NCBI GenBank assembly: GCA_963699165.1
Contig: OY969413.1
Coordinates: forward strand, 340,562-404,561
Source of the DNA: Candidatus Kaiserbacteria bacterium
GTDB lineage: Bacteria; Patescibacteriota; Minisyncoccia; Phycocordibacterales; Phycocordibacteraceae
Reading direction: 5' to 3'
DNA length: 64,000 bases
Below, one piece after another: positions 18,644 to 27,065 of this stretch. The number at the start of each line of letters is the position of its first letter. Positions within the stretch are counted from its first letter, which is position 1. The notes beneath the pieces are model-generated. The model did not search any database, was not told the DNA's origin, and was given only the letters and a program-made list of their open reading frames with translations. A program made the position numbers and the translations under genes.

Positions 18644-19375
18644 CTACTTCAGAAGCGCGTCGATTGCCGTTTTGAAATTCGCATACGGATACGCGCCTGC
18701 AATCATCTGAGTCCCGATCACGAACGACGGCGTCGCCGAGATGCCGAAATTCGCCGCCTCGTTTTTGTCTGCGTTAATCGCAGTATCGTATGCCGTCTGA
18801 TTCGCAGCAACGGCTGCCTTCACTGCGCTCAAGCTGATTCCGCTTACCGAGCCCGTCACTTTGTTGACAAACGTGAGATTGTCGGCCGCGCTCAAACTGT
18901 TTTCCTGCGGTTCCTGACTGAAGAGCGCGGTGCGCCATGCGCCAAATTGTGCCGGATACAACGCCCACACCGCGCGCGCGTATTCGGCATCAACCATTGA
19001 ATCGGGTCCGAGGAACGGAAAATCCTTGAAAACGATTTTCACTTTACCTGCCGCAACATAGTCCTGAACGATTTGCGGCAGTGTCGTGATTTCGAATTCT
19101 TTGCAGAACGGACACTGATAGTCGGACCATTCTGCGATGGTGACCGGCGCACTTGCCTGGCCGATGAACGGATTTCCGTCCGTCTTCACGTCTTTGATAT
19201 TGACGGCGACGGTCGGCTGCGTGCCTTGCTGTGTGCCGCCCTGTGCCGCCGCGCCGGAACCCGACGAGTGCGAACCGTTCCAAAGCACGGCGCCCGCTAT
19301 AAAAAGACAGCCGACGACGACTGCGATTGGTAAAAATTTGCCATTGCTTGAATCTGATGTTGTTTCGGTTGTCAT
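18644..19375 (-). CDS. DsbA/thioredoxin-like protein
   Basis: SDYQCPFC, FKDFPFLG, GISATPSF; N-terminal TM. Start at MTTETT. Confidence 0.9.
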   Translation of the reverse strand: MTTETTSDSSNGKFLPIAVVVGCLFIAGAVLWNGSHSSGSGAAAQGGTQQGTQPTVAVNIKDVKTDGNPFIGQASAPVTIAEWSDYQCPFCKEFEITTLPQIVQDYVAAGKVKIVFKDFPFLGPDSMVDAEYARAVWALYPAQFGAWRTALFSQEPQENSLSAADNLTFVNKVTGSVSGISLSAVKAAVAANQTAYDTAINADKNEAANFGISATPSFVIGTQMIAGAYPYANFKTAIDALLK

Positions 19376-19423
19376 ATGCGGGAAATGATACCATATACTC
19401 GGGACGTACAAGGGGGACATCGC

Positions 19424-19939
19424 ATGAAAAAGGCAACATTGGCACTGATTATTCGCATGACAGGCGGGATTCTGGAAATCCTGCTCGGACTGAAGCGCGG
19501 CGGTCCGGAAATCGGCGAGGGTATGTATAACGGCCCGGGAGGAAAGCTGAATGAGGGAGAAACCCTGCCCGATTGCCTCGCGCGCGAAGTGGAAGAAGAA
19601 GTGGGCATTCGGCTCGACGCGTCGAAAGCGGTGAAAGTCGCAATCATCACTTTTCATCGGGAAGAAAAGGATTTCGAGGTTCACATATACCGCGTCGACG
19701 TCTCTGAAGGAGAGCCGCGCGAGACCGATAGCATGATTCCCCGCTGGTTTCCCGTCGACAAGATCCCGTGGGATCGCATGCACGCTTCCGATCGCGCATG
19801 GATGCCCGGATTGCTCGCCGGCAAAAAGTTCAATGCGCATGTGTACTATCGCATCGAGCTCTATCACAAGGACGGGAAAGAGATCAAAAAAGAGAGATTT
19901 GACCGGATTGAAATCTTTCTGTTCGAGGACCACGAGTAA
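19424..19939 (+). CDS. NUDIX hydrolase (MutT/MTH1-like)
   Basis: Nudix box GGKLNEGETLPDCLAREVEEEVG; PRETDSMIPRWF..IPWDRM. Confidence 0.9.
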   Translation: MKKATLALIIRMTGGILEILLGLKRGGPEIGEGMYNGPGGKLNEGETLPDCLAREVEEEVGIRLDASKAVKVAIITFHREEKDFEVHIYRVDVSEGEPRETDSMIPRWFPVDKIPWDRMHASDRAWMPGLLAGKKFNAHVYYRIELYHKDGKEIKKERFDRIEIFLFEDHE

Positions 19940-19965
19940 GCGGCCGCGCAAAACGCGGCCGCTTA
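19937..19965. terminator. Hairpin between convergent genes
   Basis: TAAGCGGCCGCG-CAAAA-CGCGGCCGCTTA. Confidence 0.7.
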
Positions 19966-19986
19966 ACTATTGCACCCGCACGGCAT

Positions 19987-21057
19987 TTACTGATACTGAA
20001 TGTAAATCGGCGCAGGCGTAAGCCCTAAAATCTGCGCCATCGAAAGCATTCCGGTGGAAGGCGGCTTCACATCATTTTTGTAAAAAAGCTTCATGCCGGT
20101 AAATTGAACCGGCTCCGCGGCAATAACGTTTGTGTACGTTCCGATTTTCTTTGCTTGCGTTCCCCATCCGTCCTGATCCATGACAATCTGCACCTCCGGC
20201 AGCGGCTGAATTCTCCGGTAGTTCGTCACCATGTCTTCGGTAAACCGATGCACGATTAGAATTTTCGGCGGGAGATTATTTGCGCGCACAATCGCGGCCA
20301 AATGCTGCGCGGCGTAATTTATATCCGCGGCATCAAACGTGCCGATGACTCGGCCCGGCGGATTGCCGTATTTCATCGAAAATTCAGGGTCGATGGCGAG
20401 ATGCACCTGCGGCATCTTCAAATAATTATCGAGCATCGGCAATTCGTGCTGGAGCGTGCTTTGTCCGACCTGCACGTCGAGTATTACGATGCCGTTTACC
20501 TGCGCCGCCATGTGTATCGCAAGATCGATTTGGTCGTCCGGCATGCGGAGAATATATTTACCCTCTTTACCCGGACTTCCTTGTGCGACGACCGCAATGT
20601 ACTGAATGGCGGGTACAACCGGAGTCGAAGGGTCGGCCGCCGCCCAATCAGCAGATGCGTTCTTAAGCATTTGCAGCATTTGGTCCTGCGGATATTCGCC
20701 GAGCACGCCCATGCCTTTCGAATAAAAATTGCCGTAATACGCGACGACGCGCTTGAACGGCAAAATCGCTCCCGCATTCGGATACACCGTCTTCACCGGC
20801 CAACGGCGCAATGTCGTCGATGCAACCGCCCCGGTTGAAGTCGCCGCAGTCGTCCTGCTCAAATGCACATGCGCGAGCGCGAGCATCCGCGCGTCGTAAT
20901 CGGCCGTATCGAGCGGTGGAACCGCGGAGGTCAGCATTTTCGGCGTGCTCGAAGCGGCCGCGTCGTATTCGCTCCGGCCAAGGTCCGAGAAACCGAACGT
21001 GTAGACAATCACCGCCGCAACAACGGCAAGACAGGCGACCCGAAGGTATTTGGCCAT
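19987..21057 (-). CDS. Conserved exported hypothetical protein
   Basis: Signal anchor; RVVAYYG...ILDVQVG...HLAIDPEF...DGWG...GMKLFYKND; function not recognised. Confidence 0.75.
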   Translation of the reverse strand: MAKYLRVACLAVVAAVIVYTFGFSDLGRSEYDAAASSTPKMLTSAVPPLDTADYDARMLALAHVHLSRTTAATSTGAVASTTLRRWPVKTVYPNAGAILPFKRVVAYYGNFYSKGMGVLGEYPQDQMLQMLKNASADWAAADPSTPVVPAIQYIAVVAQGSPGKEGKYILRMPDDQIDLAIHMAAQVNGIVILDVQVGQSTLQHELPMLDNYLKMPQVHLAIDPEFSMKYGNPPGRVIGTFDAADINYAAQHLAAIVRANNLPPKILIVHRFTEDMVTNYRRIQPLPEVQIVMDQDGWGTQAKKIGTYTNVIAAEPVQFTGMKLFYKNDVKPPSTGMLSMAQILGLTPAPIYIQYQ

Positions 21058-21094
21058 GATTGCGGTATATTCTAGCTGAAATTTGCCCGCAGCG

Positions 21095-21337
21095 CTAAAC
21101 AATGAGCTTCAGCTTCTTTTCGCGCGTCAATCGTTTCAGAGCCGCCTCGCGAGCGCGAGCATCATGCAAGTTTGAAAATGTCTCCGAATACTTCAAAACG
21201 ACCGGCCGGCGTATTTTCGTATAATGCGCTCCTTGTTTGGAATGATTGTGCTCCCTGACCCGCTTTTCGAGATTGTTTGTGCAGCCGACATACAGAGACC
21301 TGTCGGCGCATTCGAGTATGTACACAAAATGAGGCAT
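21095..21337 (-). CDS. GIY-YIG nuclease family protein (UPF0213-like)
   Basis: FVYILECADRSLYVGCTNNLEKRVREHN..GAHYTK.RRPV. Confidence 0.9.
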   Translation of the reverse strand: MPHFVYILECADRSLYVGCTNNLEKRVREHNHSKQGAHYTKIRRPVVLKYSETFSNLHDARAREAALKRLTREKKLKLIV

Positions 21338-21399
21338 CGCCTTAATTCTACATTGAGATATCCACTGATTTTTCATAAAGCGCATGGTACTGTCTTTTC

Positions 21400-22092
21400 A
21401 TGAATATCAAAGACAAGGTCGCGGTCATCACGGGCGCGTCGAAAGGCATCGGACTTGCAACGGCAAAGGAGCTTGCAAAACGCGGTGCAAAGGTTGTACT
21501 CGCGGCGCGATCGACCGCGGTATTGAAAAAACTTTCGGCCGAAATCCCCGATTCCCTCGCAATCGCTACCGACGTGTGCAAACCGAAAGACATCCGCAAC
21601 CTCGTTAGAAAAACACTCAAGACGTACGGTCGCATCGACATTTTCATAAACAACGCCGGACAGGGCTTGCGATCCCCGGTGGAATCAATCGACCTTGAAA
21701 ACTACAAAGCCATCATGGAGCTCAATGTGTTTGCAGTCGTACGCACAATGGAGGAAGTGATTCCGATTATGCGCAAACAGGGCGGCGGCATGATTATAAA
21801 CGTAAGCTCGATGGTCTCGAAAAATTATTATCCGGGACTTGCCGCGTACGCGTCCACCAAATACGCATTGAATGCCCTTTCATTTACCGCGCGCGTCGAA
21901 CTCGCGAAAGACGACATCGTCGTCAGCGTTTTCCATCCGAAAATGACCGCGACCGACTTCGGCGCAAACTCTCTCGGCGAAAAATATGATTCGTCCTCGG
22001 GTCGTCCCGGCATGGAAGTCGATACGGCCGAAGAAGTAGCGGAAAAAATCGCGGACCTTATCGAATCGGAGGAACCGGAAGCGCAGATGTGA
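21400..22092 (+). CDS. Short-chain dehydrogenase/reductase
   Basis: TGASKGIG, NNAG, YASTK motifs. Confidence 0.93.
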   Translation: MNIKDKVAVITGASKGIGLATAKELAKRGAKVVLAARSTAVLKKLSAEIPDSLAIATDVCKPKDIRNLVRKTLKTYGRIDIFINNAGQGLRSPVESIDLENYKAIMELNVFAVVRTMEEVIPIMRKQGGGMIINVSSMVSKNYYPGLAAYASTKYALNALSFTARVELAKDDIVVSVFHPKMTATDFGANSLGEKYDSSSGRPGMEVDTAEEVAEKIADLIESEEPEAQM

Positions 22093-22214
22093 ATCGGCGC
22101 AAGCGTTTTCCACAGCGCCGATAGCACCCAAAGAGATTCGCGTGGTAGCTTGTTTAGATACGGACTTGATGTTCGTATAAAAACGCATCGCACATAAACA
22201 TAAGGAGAATGCAT

Positions 22215-22241
22215 ATGAAGTGCGCCTGCTGCAAGTGCTAG
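22215..22241 (+). CDS. Cys-rich micro-ORF MKCACCKC
   Basis: AAGGAG SD 7 nt upstream; immediately followed by an intrinsic terminator. Confidence 0.4.
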   Translation: MKCACCKC

Positions 22242-22246
22242 AACCC

Positions 22247-22279
22247 CGGACGTCCGCAAGGACGTCCGACTTATTTTTT
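22247..22279 (+). terminator. Intrinsic terminator
   Basis: CGGACGTCC-GCAA-GGACGTCCG followed by a T-run. Confidence 0.75.
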
Positions 22280-22341
22280 ATATCAATGCTTGAAATAGAA
22301 AGCGTGTGATGATAAGAAAGGAGTTTCGCCTTCCTCACCAC

Positions 22342-22371
22342 AACGGGCGGCCTAATAAGCCGCCCGTTTTT
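22342..22371 (+). terminator. Intrinsic terminator
   Basis: AACGGGCGGC-CTAATAA-GCCGCCCGTT-TTT. Confidence 0.7.
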
Positions 22372-22378
22372 CAATGGC

Positions 22379-23458
22379 TGCATAAGTTCAGATACATTTG
22401 GCAGTCCTCATAACCGAGGATATATGCGCATCAGAAGCAATTTCAGGGGTACGAAGGGCTGGTTGAGCATGTGGGAAAGGACGATACGATTGCGGCATAT
22501 GCGGAAACCAAAGGAAGTCGACAGACGGGTGAAGATATTGGGATTCTGGGACATGCACGGGACGGAGGCCACATACGACGCCTTTGGCACCTCGGAGCGC
22601 ACCTTGTATCGCTGGAAGGAGGAACTCAAAGCCCACGAGGGCCGCATTGATGCACTTGACCCGAAGAGCACTGCGCCGAAGGCGCGTCGAAGGAGGACTG
22701 TTCTGCCCGAGGTCGAGGATTTCATCATCCGCGAACGACAGGCGCATCCCCGGCTTGGGAAAGCAAAGCTTGCCGTTCTCCTGCGCGAAGAAGGGTACTC
22801 CGTGTCGGAGTCATACGTTGGGCGGGTCATTCTGGATTTGAAGAACCGCGGTCTGCTCCCGCAGCAGAGCCGGCTCTCGTTCCACGCACGTACGGGCAAT
22901 CACACGGAAACACCGCAGAAACGCCGTACCAAGCTTCGCCGCACCGGCAAGCGCGGCATGGAGCTCGATACCGTCGTCCGCTTCATCGACGGCGTGAAGC
23001 GGTACGTCCTCACGGCAGTGGACGTGGAGCGGAAGTTCGCCTTTGCGGGCGCGTATACGAACCACTCGTCGAGAAGCGCGGACGACTTCCTTCGCCGAGT
23101 CATCGAGGTCTGTCCCTTCGATATCGACGAGTTGCAGACCGACAACGGGAGCGAGTTCGCCAAACACTTCGAGGATGCCTGTGCCGAACTCGGGCTCACG
23201 CACTTTCACACCCGCCCCCGCACTCCCAAGATGAATGCCCACGTCGAACGATTCAATCGCACCGTCTCCGAGGACTTCATCATGCTGAATCGGGGCCTGC
23301 TGCGGGACGATATTCATTCCTTCAATCTGAAGCTTGTCGACTGGCTGATCTGGTACAACACCAAACGCCCGCACCAGTCGCTCGGCATGGTGTCCCCCTT
23401 GCGGTATATTGTGTGTACATTAACCGTCGGGGACTGCCAAAAGTACTGGACGCGTACA
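22379..23458 (+). mobile_element. IS481-like element
   Basis: TG...CA ends with imperfect IRs (TGCATAAGTTCAGATACATTTGGCAGTCC / TGTACGCGTCCAGTACTTTTGGCAGTCC); no target duplication seen. Confidence 0.8.
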
Positions 23459-23467
23459 CACAATTGA
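22424..23467 (+). CDS. IS481-like (rve integrase core) transposase
   Basis: HTH, ELDT, TAVD, QTDNGSEF, PKMNAHVERFNRT, YNTKRPHQSL. Confidence 0.9.
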   Translation: MRIRSNFRGTKGWLSMWERTIRLRHMRKPKEVDRRVKILGFWDMHGTEATYDAFGTSERTLYRWKEELKAHEGRIDALDPKSTAPKARRRRTVLPEVEDFIIRERQAHPRLGKAKLAVLLREEGYSVSESYVGRVILDLKNRGLLPQQSRLSFHARTGNHTETPQKRRTKLRRTGKRGMELDTVVRFIDGVKRYVLTAVDVERKFAFAGAYTNHSSRSADDFLRRVIEVCPFDIDELQTDNGSEFAKHFEDACAELGLTHFHTRPRTPKMNAHVERFNRTVSEDFIMLNRGLLRDDIHSFNLKLVDWLIWYNTKRPHQSLGMVSPLRYIVCTLTVGDCQKYWTRTHN

Positions 23468-23508
23468 CGATAATGCGTACGTACGTTACTGTCCGGCGGA
23501 GCTTGCAC

Positions 23509-24569
23509 GGCACCCAAACCCCTCAATTCGAACGACGGTTTTTTGCGCTCCTCTGAGCGCGTTGTTTCTTTTCCGCAGCATACGCCTCATCTGGCGTGAG
23601 TGAACCGAGCACATCCATGAAGCGGCGATTCATCTTTGCTTCGAGTTTCTGCACAAATCTTTTTGAATACTTTGAAATATCCGAGCTTTTCGGGATGTAC
23701 CGCCGCAAGTCCTTGTTCAGATTCTCGATTGATGGCTTCTCCCATGGCGCATGCACATGACAGAAATATATCTTCACCCCAAGCACCTTCTCTAGCCGTT
23801 TGTGTTCGAGAAAGAGAATATCGTTGTCGAATGTGATGGTCTGCATCTCGGGATACCGCTTTTTCATTCTGCGAAGCGCTCGCTCCACGTTTCGCACTGA
23901 CACTGGCAGGATCCGCTCCAGCAGGTTTTTGCGCACCCTGCGATCCCGCAGACCAAGAATGATGCCTTGACCGCTCTTGCCCGACACGATGAAGTCGCCC
24001 TCCATGTGACCCAATCCCCATCGCTTGTTGATTTTGCTCGGTCGTTTGTCGATCAGGCGCTTGTCGGCAATGTGTGGTTTCGATGGCCGAGAGCGTCGCC
24101 TCTTCTTGAATAACTTTGCTCGATGCGACTCGATCCGTCTGCCATACGGGCTCTTGATATATCGGCGTATAGCCGAGGATGAAGCATATCCGATATCCTT
24201 CTCGATCCGCTTCAATCGAAGTGAGATGTTTTCGGGCGACTGATCGTCGAAGAGATGCGCCTCGATGAACTTCCGGAGCTTCGGGTCGAGAGCAATCATC
24301 TTGCCGACCGCTCGGCTGTATTTCCTTCGTACGTATGAAATGTGATGCGCATATGCAGCATCATACGGCCGTCCCTTCCTCTTCTTTTGCGTCTCGTACC
24401 ATATGACACTCTTCGGTCGGTCGAGTGCATCTCCGACATCTTGCAAAGAGTATCCCTTCGCTAACAGTATCTGTATTTCGTCTCGTTCGGACCTTGTGAA
24501 GTGCGCACCGCCGGAGGTTTTTTCATTCGCTCAATGTATCAAACGTTCGAATTCAAAAGACTAGTCGCC
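23509..24569 (-). mobile_element. IS30-family element, copy 2 (1061 bp)
   Basis: Same length and IRs as 1391-2451; three substitutions noticed (H/Q, H/Y, V/L); no target duplication. Confidence 0.9.
23523..24446 (-). CDS. IS30-family transposase (true start probably ATG 24526 via -1 frameshift)
   Basis: As copy 1. Confidence 0.9.
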   Translation of the reverse strand: MQDVGDALDRPKSVIWYETQKKRKGRPYDAAYAHHISYVRRKYSRAVGKMIALDPKLRKFIEAHLFDDQSPENISLRLKRIEKDIGYASSSAIRRYIKSPYGRRIESHRAKLFKKRRRSRPSKPHIADKRLIDKRPSKINKRWGLGHMEGDFIVSGKSGQGIILGLRDRRVRKNLLERILPVSVRNVERALRRMKKRYPEMQTITFDNDILFLEHKRLEKVLGVKIYFCHVHAPWEKPSIENLNKDLRRYIPKSSDISKYSKRFVQKLEAKMNRRFMDVLGSLTPDEAYAAEKKQRAQRSAKNRRSN

Positions 24570-24679
24570 GAGCCACCCGAATATCGATTCGGGGCATCCG
24601 CTCCGGGCTCAGGGCACTCATTGTCGCTCATTACAAGTCGGCGTTGACCGGCGATGGTCTACGCCAAGGAGGAACGCCA

Positions 24680-24796
24680 GTGGGAACGAATCACAGTCCC
24701 CCGGGCACCGCGCCCCACTTGATGCAATATGATGCAATCACCGCCGGAGCGCAAGAGCGCGCGACGACGGTCACCGACGCGATCGCCGACAACTAG
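24680..24796 (+). CDS. Possible 38-aa small protein (MGTNHSPPGTAPHLMQYDAITAGAQERATTVTDAIADN)
   Basis: AAGGAGG SD 7 nt before a GTG; translated by hand. Confidence 0.4.
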   Translation: MGTNHSPPGTAPHLMQYDAITAGAQERATTVTDAIADN

Positions 24797-24990
24797 ACCG
24801 GCGCCGAGCAGCGAACCGGTTAGGCCCAGAGGAGGGGCCAGATGTGACCCGATGTTGTAGTTAACATTTTACGGCGGGCGCTCCGAGATTCTCGGGCGCC
24901 CGCCCCCCGAACCTTCCCCGAAATCTCACTCTAGGCGTCGCTCACTGCGGCGCCTGTTTCTATTTATACTCGGACTTTCGCGTCAGATTT

Positions 24991-25326
24991 TTAATACAAC
25001 CTCCCGCCAAGTTGCGGGTTTCCTTTATCGGGGACAATCAAAATCACTTTCCCATTTTCGTCAGGTACGCCAAGCGTGAGTACTTCCGATTCAAAGGGGC
25101 CAATCCTTCGCGGCGGGAAATTCACGACGCCGAGCATAAGCTTTCCGACCAATTCGTCTTTGGTGTATAAATCGACAATTTGCGCAGAGGAATATTTGAT
25201 TCCGAGTTCTTCCCCGAAATCGATTTTGAGTTTATATGCGGGCTTTCGCGCTTCCGGAAAATCATTTACTTCGACTATCTTTCCGACGCGTATATCCAGT
25301 TTCTGAAAATCTTCGACCGTAGCCAT
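24991..25326 (-). CDS. csaA: tRNA-binding protein / CsaA-type chaperone
   Basis: DFQKLDIRVGKI, FPEARKPAYKLKIDFG, SSAQI, VVNFPPRRIGPFESEVLTLG. Confidence 0.88.
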   Translation of the reverse strand: MATVEDFQKLDIRVGKIVEVNDFPEARKPAYKLKIDFGEELGIKYSSAQIVDLYTKDELVGKLMLGVVNFPPRRIGPFESEVLTLGVPDENGKVILIVPDKGNPQLGGRLY

Positions 25327-25329
25327 AGT

Positions 25330-25962
25330 TCAAATTGTCTGCGCAAAATAATCCGAAACGGCGACAGGTATCTCGTTTGGCGCTTCCACCAAACGGAACG
25401 GCTTGCCCTCCCGAAGGGTGTCCGGCGTCTGGAATCCCCACGTCACGGCAATTGAGTCCACATCCGCCCCTCGCGCTTCGCGAATATCGCCAAGCGTATC
25501 GGTGATGAAAATGCATTCGTCGTGCGTGACGCCGTATTTCTCGAAAACCATTTTTATTTTTTGCGTTTTGTTCCAATGCACATCCGAGCCCATAATCCAT
25601 TCAAAGTATCCCGCCAAATCGTGTGCGGCCAAAAACTCCGAAATGGCGTGCGAAAGCGTTGAAGAAATCACGGCGAGCGAATAATCTTTCTCAAGCGAAA
25701 TTATGACTTCGCGCATCCCGGGCACGATGTGCACCGCGCCTTTCATTCTTGCGGAATACTCCGAAATCGAATCGACCCCTTCCCGTTTTTTCGCGTTTCG
25801 CTTTGCCATCGCCTCTTTCCAATCATGGATATTGCCGTCAAATGCTTCGCGAAACTCGGCAATGGTCAAATCGGGATAGACCGACTTATATACGTTAAAA
25901 CCTACCTGAAAAGAATTTGCTATGACTCCGTCAAAATCAAAGAGTACGAATTTTTTTACCAT
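25330..25962 (-). CDS. HAD family hydrolase (phosphoglycolate phosphatase-like)
   Basis: LFDFDGVI motif I, SS motif II, ITDTLGD, VTWGF. Confidence 0.9.
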   Translation of the reverse strand: MVKKFVLFDFDGVIANSFQVGFNVYKSVYPDLTIAEFREAFDGNIHDWKEAMAKRNAKKREGVDSISEYSARMKGAVHIVPGMREVIISLEKDYSLAVISSTLSHAISEFLAAHDLAGYFEWIMGSDVHWNKTQKIKMVFEKYGVTHDECIFITDTLGDIREARGADVDSIAVTWGFQTPDTLREGKPFRLVEAPNEIPVAVSDYFAQTI

Positions 25963-26020
25963 GAATGAAGTATACCCGATGCTCTTTTACTTGGAAGCTT
26001 CGCTTCCAAGTAAATAAATA

Positions 26021-26344
26021 TCACTTGCTAAGAGACGTCACGATAACGAGGGCTATCGTCGCCAACGCAAGCACCCCTGTGGCCGTAGCTAAAATCCAAG
26101 TTGCACGAGTCAGAGCTTCTGCATGTTTATCTGCTGAATTCGATGCCTTATCAATTGCAGCAGACATTTCTTTTGTCGCTTCCTGTAGTGTCGCTTTGGC
26201 GTGATTTAAGGCCGTCGATGTTTTAGAGCCAGAATTGAATATAGCTACCGTAAGCTTATGGATGGCGCGGTTGATGCCAGTGCCGACAGTGCCACCGTTG
26301 GTATTTATATTTTCCCAATCATCGAGTTCCCAGTTATCAGACAT
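26021..26344 (-). CDS. Hypothetical protein with C-terminal TM helix
   Basis: 107-aa ORF, GAGG SD, lower GC than core genes. Confidence 0.6.
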   Translation of the reverse strand: MSDNWELDDWENINTNGGTVGTGINRAIHKLTVAIFNSGSKTSTALNHAKATLQEATKEMSAAIDKASNSADKHAEALTRATWILATATGVLALATIALVIVTSLSK

Positions 26345-26353
26345 GGCCTCAAA

Positions 26354-26719
26354 TTATTTTGCCGAGTTGCCTGTACACAAGTTCATATCGGACTCGTAAG
26401 TTTTGTAAAGCAACGCGAAATCTCCGGTTGGATTTGTTCCTAATTGAAGCATTCCGAACCCTGACGCGCTGGCGAAATCCGTAGTATCGCAAGAAGGTGA
26501 CGGCTGTTCTTTTTTACAGAGAGTTATAAAATCTCGGAGATACACATTCTGTGCGAGTTGCAAGCAAGTCTGTGCCTCAGCTTCGTACATCTTTTCCTTG
26601 CTTTGGATGAGCGATTGTACATTGCTTGTATTCGACGAACTTGAGGCCAAGAGAAAATGTCCGCCCAAAAAGCCGATGACCAAGGCGGCTATTCCCACGG
26701 CAGTAATTTTCATATTCAT
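26354..26719 (-). CDS. Hypothetical secreted protein with 4 Cys
   Basis: Signal anchor; TACAAT-N6-ATG; lower GC. Confidence 0.65.
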   Translation of the reverse strand: MNMKITAVGIAALVIGFLGGHFLLASSSSNTSNVQSLIQSKEKMYEAEAQTCLQLAQNVYLRDFITLCKKEQPSPSCDTTDFASASGFGMLQLGTNPTGDFALLYKTYESDMNLCTGNSAK

Positions 26720-26787
26720 GAGTTTATTGTATCGCTTTCACCCGCCTTGTAAACGACGTGTCTCGTGCGGGATAACCCACCTCAAAC

Positions 26788-26992
26788 TGGCTGGGAGACA
26801 AGGACCGCGATTACGCTTATCGCTCCTTACAGGAGCAGTACACCTTAGGGAACGTCGTCGGTTTTACTTGGATAAAGCAAAACCGACGCGAATTCAAGCA
26901 AAAGAAAAGCTGCCCGTGCGGACAGCTTTTCTTGCAGTAATTCATCGTCGAAATCTGCTGATTTCGACGCGATTTTTACGCTTAAAAATCGG
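26788..26992 (-). repeat. tRNA-Gln-linked palindromic element ending in a degenerate copy of the tRNA 3' end
   Basis: Four hairpins, then a 46-nt motif 41/46 identical to 50174-50219, then TCCTTGTCTCCCAGCCA (cf. tRNA CCCTAGCTCCCCAGCC). Confidence 0.75.
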
Positions 26993-27065
26993 CTGGGGAG
27001 CTAGGGAACGATCCTAGAGTCTCCTGCTCCAAAGGCAGGCGTGTTACCAGTTACACCACTCCCCA
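26993..27065 (-). tRNA. tRNA-Gln(UUG)
   Basis: Cloverleaf: acceptor TGGGGAG/CTCCCCA, anticodon stem CCTGC/GCAGG with loop CT-TTG-GA, T-stem CTAGG/CCTAG; atypical T-loop ATCGTTC; CCA not encoded. Confidence 0.9.

Noticed and set aside
19376-19951. N-terminal extension of the DsbA ORF (435-aa call)
   Set aside because: It is the antisense of the NUDIX gene; the real start at 19375 has its own -10 box and TM anchor.
24650-24666. Fluoride riboswitch-like GGCGATGGTCTACGCC
   Set aside because: The downstream conserved CUGAUGAC/CCUAC pseudoknot segment is missing and no fluoride-related gene follows.
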